Shown here in pieces: positions 47,499-58,975 of a stretch of DNA of 64,000 nt. Origin of the DNA: Lepidodermella squamata (taxonomy: Eukaryota > Animalia > Gastrotricha). The translations under genes were made by a program, and so were the position numbers. Position 1 is the stretch's first letter, and every line of letters starts with the position of its first letter. The notes under the pieces were generated by a model. It saw nothing but the letters and a program-made list of their open reading frames with translations, was not told where the DNA came from and searched no databases. The DNA lies in the NCBI GenBank assembly GCA_047495785.1, contig JBLDXI010000029.1, positions 1,240,001 through 1,304,000 of the forward strand, written 5' to 3'.

Positions 47499-49574
47499 GT
47501 GACCGAAGAAAAGGACGCAACTGGTTGTTGGCGTTAACGGTCTTTTTATTGGGTAAAATCAAGGCCCTGTATCGTTCGTGTTGCGACGTAAGAGACCTCG
47601 TTAGGCAGTACTTTCATGCTGTTTGTAATAAAATATTTGGTACTGGTATAGCTACTTTTTATTTGCCGGTAATAGCATCATTATTGCGGCGCATCCGATA
47701 CCGAGCGGTTACAACGCCTACCAGAATGCTTACTGCGCACAAACGCTTCAGACAATTTCTCCGTTATCATGGCTAAATTCTTAAGATCAACCAAATTTAT
47801 CCCTATCTTCCTTATTTCATAATCTTTCCCTTCGAGCGTAGTCTAGGATAATTCTATCAATTTTTCTCAATATCCATAGGGTAAACTCTCTCTCTCTCTC
47901 TCTTATGTTCCACTTATTGTTCAAACATGACCAGAGTCTGCGTTTGAATGGGCATAATTGTATAGTTTCCCATTCCCGGAGAATTTCCCTGGAATCATAG
48001 ACTAGCTGAGCCAATGTTTCTACTATTCAGCCCTTAAATGATGAAACTGCTAATAAAGCACTTATTACGCTATTGGTTTTAGTATAATTGGTGGTTATCC
48101 TTCTCCATTATCTCGCAGACATTTGGATATCCTTCTTAAATTTTTCGCTTGAAAAAGCGATCACATCTTTTTCTGATCAATCGAATTTCATGTTTATCAA
48201 ATATGAGCCGTTGATCTGTTGCAACAAACTGAACTAAAACCTTGCCCGAAGCTCGCGGAATCGCTGAGATTTGCAGCCACATGAGGTCAATAGTAGAATC
48301 ACACGAAGTTGGTAGCATTCAAGAATTGCTAGGATGACTTGTATTCCTGAATCCTAAGAAAGATAGCGGATTGCCTTGATAATGTGATCTGGTTAGCGAT
48401 TTAGCGATGATTGATGATTAGCAATTAGAAACGAAACCGCCGTATTTGAGGAATGCTTGATGCAACTCGCTTGACATGATTCGTATACGACAAAACGTGA
48501 CCCACCATCAAGTTTGGGATTCACGATTTTTGCGCGGACTTCTTACGGAAATACTACTGATGGTGCCGAACCGACGGCCGAACATCGCGGACTAATACTA
48601 ATACCAATATTATTTATCAAAGAAAACAATTATTCGCAGAAGAATAACAAAGCGCATCCACTCGATCATTTTGGCTGGAATCCTAAATCCTATCTATAAT
48701 TAGGGCTATCAGGAATGCTTATAGGGCACTTCAAACCGATCTATTGGCGAGAATGCAGATTAATTCAGAGGGTTTCTGAGTAAGTGAAGGCAAAGAAGTG
48801 ACACGTACTTTATGCTGAGAATGGGCTAAGGGTGTCAAGGTAGATCTCTGGAGCGATGGAGCAATTTGTTCTACGCTTCGGAAGGCCAAATCAAAGCGCA
48901 GCAATCTGATCTGCTCTGGGTTAGTATTGAAATTTAACACGTAATTAATGGTCAATAGATATGGACATTCTTTGTTTTGAAGGGGAAGGAAACAGCTAAA
49001 CCAAAGCAGTCAAAGTAGGATGAATTACCATGAATTACGTAGTCGTTAGCGTCGCTGAATAACTCGGATTCGGGCTTGTTCACGTCACTTAGAGACAGTT
49101 GACGGGTGACAAGTTTGCTTTCCCTTTCATTCACATATAAACTCTGCTATTGCCTTCAGTCCCATTTCTGTGGTTTGCCAATTTACTTAGTTAGTTTTAG
49201 TGGAGTATCGGCGTCATCGATTCTTGAAAATTACTAGTTCATTTCGGTTTTAAGTGATACATTTTCAGAAATCTTTACAGACCGCTGGTTTCCTAATTGC
49301 GACACTTCAAAGATCCGCTAAAACTTCCATGGACGAGATCTACTTCCAGTAATATTACGTGTTCGCAAATATCATTCTATAATTTATCGTAGAATCAAAG
49401 GAATTTTTTTAGAATGGCTCATTCTAAAATAGCTAATAATGATTCATTACTATCTTACTGCAATATCTCCCGAAGCTATCTAATTATACTAATAGTACAG
49501 TAATAGTACATCCAATTAGCTGCTGTATTAAATTTTAATTTCTGCATTGTTGATAGGATTATTTTACTTAACCG

Positions 49575-50540
49575 AACCACTAATGATCGACGCCAACACG
49601 TCCATCCCTGCCCTCTAACCCGGCGAAATCATCAAATATTCTCGGCTTCTCGGCCCAGACCTACTTTGTTGCCGCATCGGCTATCAGCAATCTGAACTTG
49701 AATAAGCTTGACGCATGCACCTGGCTTCGCGGAGATCAAAAGCTCACGCTGCTGAACCAGTAAGTTTGGCCAACCCTCGTGTACCCTCTACAAACCGCAC
49801 CGCTGAACAAGCTGCCGCGATCATTCCTGGAGGATGTGGACAAGATAGTCAGATCAGCCCTGAAAGAAATGCTCCTCCTGCCAACCTCGACACCCGACGC
49901 ATTCCTGTACGCCGCCAGGCGCTGCCGCGGACTCGCAATCGTGCAAGCATCGTGGGAGGCGTTCATCCGACACTACGCCATCTGCATGAAGCTTGCCTCG
50001 CTCAACAACGACCAACTCGACTTCTGCAGAGATTTTGAGGCCTGAAGGAGCTCGACATCGATCCGAGAAAGCTGACCCTACCCGACGACCGCCAGGCAAC
50101 GAGCCGCGATCTCAGGAAACCGAAACGCGATTCGTGTTTTAAGAGGTGGTGTTCGAAACCCACAGGTGAGGGCGCTGTGTGATTCAAGGAATATCCCGCG
50201 GGTAACAACCTGATCCTGAATAAAACCGGCCGCTCGTCGAGAAAGTACACCTGCGCACTTAGGATGACGGTGAGATCTGTGTCAGTGAGAAGCAGTAAGT
50301 TGGCTGCAAGCGACGGGACCGCCACTGCGGTGCTGAGAAAGAAATTCTTGGTCATGTCCTCGGCGCTTGTCATTTCAACTCGCTGATGATCACCAGTCGT
50401 CATGATAAAATCCGCTCGATGATCGCTACGGCAATACGGAAGAACGGGATGAAAGTGCACGAGGAAGTCGCGGTAAAGGAGACAGACGGTGCATGGAGAC
50501 GAGTCGACATCATCGCGTACGATCCGAGGACGAAGGAGGG
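49575..50540 (+). mobile_element. R2/NeSL-like non-LTR fragment (late RT, CCHC region, restriction-like endonuclease)
   Basis: YPLQTAP..PTSTPDAFLYA..RGL; RHDKIRSMIA..VHEEV..RRVDIIAYD; frameshifted; interrupts the unclassified repeat. Confidence 0.8.
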
Positions 50541-50692
50541 AAAATTAGCGAAATTCCGACAAAAGGTCGCTACTATACTATTGCTGAGTGCTGGCTCTTC
50601 CGATATTATTCAACCTGTTATCGCCATTTCTGTTGAAACCAAGTGTAATAAATTATTCTCTTGGTTTCATTTCATTTGTTCATTTTCAATTA

Positions 50693-51941
50693 CAGTGCTC
50701 CCTCGATATAAGCAAGGGGGCGGGATCCACGCGATTGCTCTTATCGAGGGTTGCTCTTATAGAGGGCTGTTAAAGAGCTAGCGATGAATCATAAGTGCGT
50801 CGCCAGGTTTTTTTCTCAGTTGCTAGGGCGACGTTGATTTTACTGGTTAGCCATATCCAAGAAAATCTGGTGTTCATGTAATGATTTTCGATGTGGTAGA
50901 TAGTATTTGATATGCAAAGTTTGATCATTTGAATTCCAATTGTATTTATGCTGGCTGAACTTTTTTTAACATTTTTCTAACAATTTGTGAAAAATATTTC
51001 ATCGATTAATTTCTTCATTTATGATCAGGACACTTCGGCTACGCGAATTTACCCAGCGATATTTGAGAGCCATTTAATTGGGATGCGATATTTTAATTTA
51101 ATAGATCCAAATTGGGAAATTTGAAGGTTAACAAAGTTTGAAAGCCTTCATTGGAATTAAATGTAGCAATTCCATTTGGTTCAACGACAAACCATGGATA
51201 CACTAGCGGATAAGCGAACAATGTTAGGTAAAATTCGGCTAGGAGCCTGAGATGCCTAAAACCTATCCAAGGTTGTAACGCATCTTTTCTCATAAATCCG
51301 TGACCAAAACTGGGGGTGAACCTTGCTTGGAAATCTTGTTGAAAGTTTGCTTGAATCTTGAGTCGAAGCTGCATCCTAACTTTATTTTTTCAGAATCCTA
51401 TTGAATTAAAACAGATTCACGGCAATTCCTCGTGATGTGCTTTGATGGAATACAACAAGCTTGAATGCCACCTTTATCTGTTCTCAACACTTCGGTCAAA
51501 CAGTAGATGATCAGCGGTTTGCTTTTTATCGCTTTTTAAATCATTTTTCCTGACCCGTAGCGTAATCACTATCATTCTTTAAAAAATCTCATCAATGGAT
51601 AGTAGTAGTGTTGGTGAATGAAAAAATACGAGAGAGCAAACGCGCGCGCACGATCTCAAAATTGAAGCCAATGCTGAGATAAAAACATCGATCTGTAAAG
51701 ATGGAGATCAAGAGATCACGACGCGCCGCCGTCCAACTGAAAAATCAAAAACGCCAGGAGCAGCGTTACAATTCTGTTGCTAACGTAAACCAATTCTTCA
51801 TGTAAATTAAAAATTATCATGTAAAAAATTTTAATTTGTCGAAAAATAATTTTTTAACAAATAAAATCAACGGGATCCAAAAAAAGTTGCTAGTAGCGAG
51901 GGATTGCTCTTATCGGGGTTGCTTATATCGAGGGAGCACTG
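50693..51941. mobile_element. pogo/Tigger-type (Tc1-mariner superfamily) non-autonomous transposon
   Basis: TIRs CAGTGCTCCCTCGATATAAGCAA, TA TSD; the empty site is visible near 35309 in the sister repeat. Confidence 0.9.
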
Positions 51942-52311
51942 TATATCGCTGCGTTGAAAATAAAGATGTGCTGCACCGGGTCACGGATAATAATAATTTT
52001 TCATTTGTAACGGCAGCTCGTTTTTGCTACCTGTAAAATCTTCAATCGAAGAATTGTAGAAGAGCGCGAGAAAACTTTGAAGAATTACAGTAAGGATAGG
52101 CGAAGAAGATGAACTGATCTTCTTTTATCTTCAAGAGTCCAAGAACGCAAGATAGCAATTGCAGCTAATGGCAATTTTATAGCCCTTGAACCGAAGATAG
52201 TAATTTGGGATGCAACCGCTCCACAGTTGTAAACAGCCGCAATATAGCCGTATAATGATTTATAGAAATATGCGCTAGCACTGGCGGTCTCTTACATCGC
52301 AACACGAACAA

Positions 52312-52788
52312 TGTGTCAGAAAAGGAGGTAAAATGTTATAAGGCGAGGTCGCATACCGGGTTCGTGTTAAGGCGAAACGGTCAGCCGGGAGGAGCAATAT
52401 TTAGAGTGACGGCGAGAATAGCTGTTAGATGAAGGTAAGTTTAGGCCTTGAACTCTGATAATAAACAACAAATTACCGATCGCGTAGTAGGCAGGTACGG
52501 TTGAGGTAAGCGGATCGATACAACTCGCCGATATAAAATATGTTCTAATTAACGATAGGAATTCGGATTAAAGATGGAATTTGATAAGTTACAAAAGCCA
52601 ATGATAGGGTGAGAGGACTAGGACGAGGCACCGGTAGAGCATAGTAAAATAGCAAGTTGTGAAGTAGAGAAGTTGATGAATGAAAGTATGATAGTTGCGC
52701 TTACGTAGGGAGGTAGGCGCCGTGGCGGGAGAAGCGAACGCGTGCCGAACGGGCGCGTGTCACGACGCCAGGTGGCGTCACCGCCACA
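52312..52788 (-). mobile_element. 3' LTR of the Gypsy element
   Basis: On - strand the polypurine tract AGTGGGGGAGAG is followed by TGTGG; far end ..CACA at 52312 (plus or minus 2 nt). Confidence 0.7.
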
Positions 52789-55305
52789 CTCTCCCCCACT
52801 GAAATGAAGCGGAAGCGTACGGACAAAAATTATAATACATACTCAATAGATTGAGATGGAACCCGGTATGCATAAATATACAATATGAAGTTTGATACAA
52901 AAGATTTACATTATGAAACAGAGGCATTCGGTAAGAGTTTTAGACAGGTGATTTGATTCACAAAGCTTTTTACAACCGAGCACGAAAATATACTAGATGC
53001 AATCGTGTTATATCACAACAAGGCGGAAAAAAAACAAGAACAACGTTTGAAAGTGTAAAAACTGTTAGAAAATTGAATCTAACTGTCTATCATTATTTTA
53101 CAGGCGCCACGCGGGAATTTTACAATAAAATAGTGGTTCAGCAGATTTACAGGTAGGCGACATATAGAAATTAAAGGACAGGTACAAAAATTACAATATT
53201 TATACAGCGCTGTTAAGTTTCCGGATAGTCAGGCTGAGACAACAAAAGGCGTATAGCAGGACAACAGAATGACGGACGGAAAGATTGAAGACGATACCGG
53301 TCGCCCGTCGGCGCCTAGGCGGAGCGGATCGCAGGACCGATCGATGTCGAGTGATGTCGTGCAGACATCAGCGCTTGAGTCGCTTCGCGACTTCGACGGC
53401 GATGTAGGCGAGGCGCAAAAGGACGGCGAGGTTGAGGCGGTCGGGCGGTCTCAGGGCGGCGAGCGGGCGCAGCTTTGCTGCCTCTTCCCCCTCCACGGAC
53501 GACGGTCGGTGGCACCTGCTCGCCCACCGGGGGTGCCATTGCCGGTGAGGGCGCTTGGATACACGTCGGGAACGCCACGTCCGACGGGGCCTCGGAGGCC
53601 AAGGGCGAGAGCGGTTTCAAGGCCGCCGGAGCGGGAAACGAGACCAGCTTACGCCGGTTCGTCCACGGAAGCGTCGCCGCCGGATCTTCGACCGATGCCA
53701 ACTGGTAGTCGTTGTTGGCCTCGTTGACGGCGGTGACCACGAACGGGCCTCGGTATCGGGGCGCGAACTTGCCCTTGCGTTCGTGTGCTTCGAGGAGAAC
53801 GCCGACTGTGTCGCCGACGGCGAAGCGGTGCGAGTTGGCCCGGCGATCGTTCGTCACGCGGCGGTGGGCTTGGGCGCGGTCGAGGTTCGCGGAAGCATGT
53901 TGCCAGAGCGCGTCCAACCGGTTTGGCGCCGACCTGCTGAACGGGCGTGCCCACGGGCGCGTCGAGGGGCCCCGCCTGCGGGCCGGCGAGCAGCTTGATA
54001 GCCGTGCGGGCCGGGTAGCCATATACCAATTCGTGGGGCGAGACGCCGGTAGCCTCGTTCACGGCCGTCTTGTAGGCTCGCAAGGCACGGAGAAGCTGCA
54101 GGTGCCAGGACCGGGGGTTGGCCTTGTCGACGCCGGTAGCGATCATGTCCGCGAGGACGCGGTGGCTGCGTTCGACGAGCGAATTTCCGCGGGCGATGTA
54201 TCGGCTGGTCCGCAGTTTCCGTATGCCGAGGCTCACGCAGAACTCTCGTACGGCGTAGGAGTCGACGTTAGGTCCGCGGTCCGTCAGCAGAGCCCCGGGA
54301 ACCTCGAAGTCGGCGATGAAGTGCTCCAGGTGGGCGACGATGGTCGGCGTCTTGGTCGAGCGAAGCGGATAGGCGACGAGCAGCTACGAGAAGGCGTCGT
54401 ACAGCGTCAACAGCCAGCGATGGCCCTGACTGCTCGGCGGCTCGATCGGCCCGACCAGGTCCATGGAAACGAGCGCGAAGGGTTCGTCGGCATGCCTGAT
54501 CGGCACCAAGGGCACCGTTGCCGACTGGTTCGACGCCTTCCGGATTTTGCAGGTCTCGCACTCGCGGCAGTACCGTCGCACCGCGCTGTAGCAGCCCGGG
54601 AGCCCAGCAGTAGTCCCGTGTCCTTTCCAGCGTCTTGAAACGACCGAGGTGACCAGACGAGGGCGCGTCATGAGCGACGCGGATCACCTGCGGCACGTAG
54701 ACAGCGGGAAGGATGAGGCAAAGCCGAGGGAAGAGCCGGTCTTCCACCGACATGTAAAACACGCCGGCTTCGTCCTTCGAGACTGCGTTGCGGTGGCGGA
54801 AGAGACAGGCGGAGATGCGTCGCCGAGGTCGAGGTTACAGAGGACGGGGCCGAGGTCGGGATCGGCAAGCTGCGCGGCGCGGAGCTCGGCCGGGTCGAGG
54901 CGGAACGAGTCGGCTAACGACAACGAGGCGGCGCAGGTCGCGTCGGGAAAGGCGGTGTCGTCGTAGGTGTAGCCGGTCTCGTCGGCATCGACTGAGGGCC
55001 GCGAGAGGCCGTCGGCGAGGTTGAGGCGACCAGGTCGGTGAACCAGATCGAACTGGTAGTCGCCCATCAGCATCTCCAGCCAGCGCCAGACACGCTTGCT
55101 GGGATCACGGAGGGTTTGAAGCCACAGGAGCGCCTTGTGATCGGTCTCGAGGACGAACCTGGTGCCAAGCAGGTATTCGCGGAACCGTTCACACGAGAAC
55201 ACGATCGCAAGACACTCCTTCTCGAGGGCTGGGTACTTCCGCTCGGCGGGCGAAAGCAGGCGACTAGGCGCAGCAACCAGCCGGTCGAGACCGTCATCAC
55301 CAGTT
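52789..55305 (-). mobile_element. Ty3/Gypsy pol remnant (RNase H + integrase), frameshifted and 5'-truncated
   Basis: YPALEKECLAIVF, ETDHKAL, LADGLSR; H..GHLG..C..C zinc finger; MDLVGP; GNSLVERSHR; KFAPRYRGPF; markedly GC-rich. Confidence 0.93.
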
Positions 55306-55617
55306 TGCACGCGATTCAAACACATGTTTCACGGCACGATTACGCGCGTCTGCAATTAGTTTTGGATTTTCAGCAATTGCAATTGAATAAGGTGTCTTAC
55401 GAGTTGTAACAGGATGTAACGGATTTCAACCCAACTTCTAGATGACCCATAATTGCCAATCAGGCACTCCGGTTAGAAGCGTTTTAGCCTCTCGCGCCTC
55501 ATGTTTTTCGCTGTCGAAGATGAAAGATGAAGAAGATGAAATATGCGCCTTTTGTTAAATAGCTGTACTTATAAATATTATAGTGATGATTCATGGATTT
55601 CAGTTGTATAGGCCTGT

Positions 55618-56817
55618 GGTTGTAAGACAGTTCAGCAGAACTTAGTTCAGCAACGTCAGTTCAGCAGTGATATTTGAGCAGGAGGCACTTCAGCAACCGC
55701 TACTTCAGCAGACGCTATTTCAGCAGACAGCACTTTAGCAGGCGACAGTTCAGCAGAACTTAGTTCAGCATTCGCTATTTCAGCAAACGGCTTTTTAGCA
55801 ATCGACACTTCAGCAACTTCCACTTTAGCAGCTGTACTGTTCAGCAAAAGACTCTTCAGCAGAAGACTTATGGGCAATGATATACTTCAGCAGAAGTCAT
55901 TTCAGCATACGACACTTGCTCAGTGTGAACTTGAGCAAAACATAATTTAAGCAAACGACAGTTCAGCAGAATAATATAGTATTCGTTTAAGTGACTTTTC
56001 AGCAATTACATTTTAGCAGAAGTGTATTTCAGCAAAAGACACTTTGTCAGAACGACACTTTAGCAGAAAAAGGGACTCCCAACGGCTAAGACAAAGAAGA
56101 CGTGGAAACTGAAAAATGAACTGAGTCAAGCTTCGCAAAATTAGACACACTAAAGCTGCTGCGCACTACGCAGTGGCGGAAAAATATCAGCATTGTGTAT
56201 GATGAATTTTATTTTACGAATTATAATGCAGTTCGGCGACACAAGCCAATAATTCGGCGAATAAAAAGAATAAGTCACATGTTTTTTTGTTTTTATTTCG
56301 GTTAGTCTTAAGTCTTTTTTAAGTCGTTCGTCAAGAATTGGGACAAAATTCTGCTGAACTGTCGTCTGCTTAACTTAGTTTCGGCTGAACTGTACACATT
56401 TTTTGAGTTAATAAAAATGCTCAAGTTCTACTTGCTGAAAAGTCGTTCTGTTTAACTGTCGTTGCTAATATGACTGCTTATTTGATCAGAACTGAATCTG
56501 CTGATATATCTTCTGCTGATTTGTCGTATGCTGAAGTGACTTCTGCTGAAGTATATCATTGCTCATAAGTCTTCTCTGAAGAGTCTTTTGCTGAACAGTA
56601 CAGCTGCTTAAGTGGAAGTTGCTGAAGTGTCGCCTGCTAAAGTGCTGTTTGCTGAAGTAGCAAATGCTTAACTAAGTTCTGCTGAACTGTCGCCTGCTAA
56701 AGTGCTGTATGCTGAAATAGCGTCTGCTAAAGTAGCGGTTGCTGAAGTGTCTCCTGCTCAAATATCACTGCTAAACTGACGTTGCTGAACTAAGTTCTGC
56801 TGAACTGTCTTACAACC
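55618..56817. mobile_element. Foldback-type element with long modular inverted arms
   Basis: GGTTGTAAGACAGTTCAGCAG...CTGCTGAACTGTCTTACAACC, perfect 8-bp TSD AGGCCTGT, arms built of ~15-nt TTCAGCA units. Confidence 0.9.
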
Positions 56818-56839
56818 AGGCCTGTCAGTCTGACTTTAT

Positions 56840-57610
56840 CTGTATTCTATGTAAAATCCAAGAAACCATCGTGAAAGACAACCTGTTGAACTATCTATAC
56901 AAGAACAACCTGTTACCAGAAAATCAATGTGGCTTCTTATCGCGTAGGTGTTGTGAGACGCAGCTTCTTTCCTGTACAATTGACTGGCTAAATTTTCTAG
57001 ACCAGCTTCTTGACGTAGTAGTTATTTACCTTGATTTATCCAAGGCCTTTGACACTGTTCCGATTTCGTTGTTATTAGCAAAGCTTCTTGACATCAACGT
57101 TTGTGGTGCGCTTCTCAACTGGGTCAGATCCTTTCTTTCAGATCGCTTCTTTCGCGTGACTGTCAACTCTAAAAATTCCGAAGGTCCCCGGTGACATCAG
57201 GGATCAGGGGTACCTCATCAGGGCTCGATCCTGGGCCCAATACTGTTCCTTATATTCACATCGGATGTGAACTCGTGTATATTCTGAATTCGATCATGAA
57301 ATTATTTGCGGACGACACAAACTTGTACAAGGTCATTCGAAGCCTCGCACCTCGCAGACTGCTCCGAACTACAGGAAGACCTAAATCGGCTTATCAATTG
57401 TTTCGATACAAACAGGTTAGCTGTAAATTCGAAGAAATGCGTTGTTCTGAAAATGGGCAAGAACGAGTTTCCGTTTACATTCGACATCACAGGTGTGGAG
57501 CTACAGACGATAAACCCCGTGAAGGACCTTGGCGTTATCATCGACTCAAAACTATCATTTTCAGAACACTGTCAGTCTCTCGCCGCCAAATGCCATCGCA
57601 TCAACGGTTA
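56840..57610 (+). mobile_element. CR1-like reverse transcriptase fragment
   Basis: NQCGF..CETQLL, YLDLSKAFDTVP, frameshifted QGSILGP, LFADD, KDLGVIIDSKLSFSEH. Confidence 0.88.
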
Positions 57611-58146
57611 AACCGGGGTGTGCCGCGTTTAAAATTAAAAGTGTGAAGTTCATCCCGCACATCACGCATACATGCTATAGTCGATTTTTCAAGGTTCGTG
57701 TTGACTGCTGGATAGTCCCGTACACTTTAACGCACATCCTGTCACATTTCCCCCACTAGTGCGAGAATGTGTTGTACAAGTATTTAAGATCTGTTAGATC
57801 GCTGTTAGATCGCTATCGTGAAACTGAACGCAGACAGCACCTTTGGGCCATTAACCAGGCCATTTTTGATTACGTTACGTTGATGTTTTTTGTGGTACTT
57901 TCAAGCTCTCGAATGAGCCAGGGAATAACCCTGAATAAAAAGACTGCCCTGTAAAAGTTTTAAAAGGCCTGAAACATTAAATTAATAAAAATCATTCTCC
58001 TTAGTCAAGGGTTGAATTCAAGTTACGGTTAACCGGACTTTTCTAACTAGCCTTTCATTTTTCACCTGATAAGCAGCCGCCATTCGTGGTTCCAACCTGC
58101 CGTCTCGCTAACTTTGAAGGCTGAACACGATGGCGTACACAAATTA

Positions 58147-58450
58147 GGGGGCACACAGTAGTTCAGTGGATAGCTGTCTGCTGTGTATTGAGCGTCAAGA
58201 TCGATGGGCACGAGTTCGATCCCCACCCGGGTCGACCGTGGTTTATCAATGACGCTCTACCCCGACGGTGGCCGACCACTCCATCGTGTTACAAAAGTGA
58301 AAAGTGGTAGATTAGGAGTGTCAGCGAGACTGCACTAATCGCTACCGAGCTGTCCTCAAGAGACCCCAACAAGCGACCCTAAGAGCGCTCATTCGGGACC
58401 CATGGCTTCGGCCCATCCATTCAACGAATGGGACGTCTCAATAATAAAAA
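58147..58450 (+). mobile_element. tRNA-derived SINE
   Basis: GGGG start, A-box TAGTTCAGTGG, B-box GAGTTCGATCC, A-rich tail; absent from the homologous upstream region of GPCR1. Confidence 0.7.
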
Positions 58451-58975
58451 AGGAATTTTCGAATTTTTACACAAATCCGGGTTAAAATGTTGCTGATGTC
58501 ATTGCGATTAATGCTCCACTGATTCGTGCTTCCGTTTATTCTTTGTTGAGAAACGCCTAAACGCCGCCGGAACCATTCGTTTTTATTCTTTTTTTGTTTT
58601 CTCGCTGCTCTACCCCAGTCAACGTAGATTTGTGCACGGAACACGGAATCGTCCGTCATCCGTCCGTGACATTCACATTTCTCTAACAGCACGATTCGCA
58701 CCATGACATTGTCAAATCTTGTCGGTCCCGGGTTTGGCATGTCATAAAAGATCAGATCTTGAAAATGCGTCTGATTTCATGGCTAATGTATAAAGATGCG
58801 TGGCGTTTATAATGCGCTGTAGAACGGAAATTCTTCGGAAGGAAGGAGAGCACAGACGTAACGAGGAAATAACAAATCCCTAGCTTCGGAATGGCAAGCA
58901 TATTTAAAGCTGGCGGCATTTCACAGAAACCTGAATCAGTCACTCCCTTTTCAAAATTTACATTCGCATCCTAGA

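Noticed and set aside
53269-55409. Several long plus-strand ORFs
   Set aside because: Antisense shadows of GC-rich Gypsy pol
55618-56817. CRISPR-like array or repeat protein (ORF 55656..55877)
   Set aside because: No unique spacers, eukaryotic context, and the units form inverted arms with a TSD
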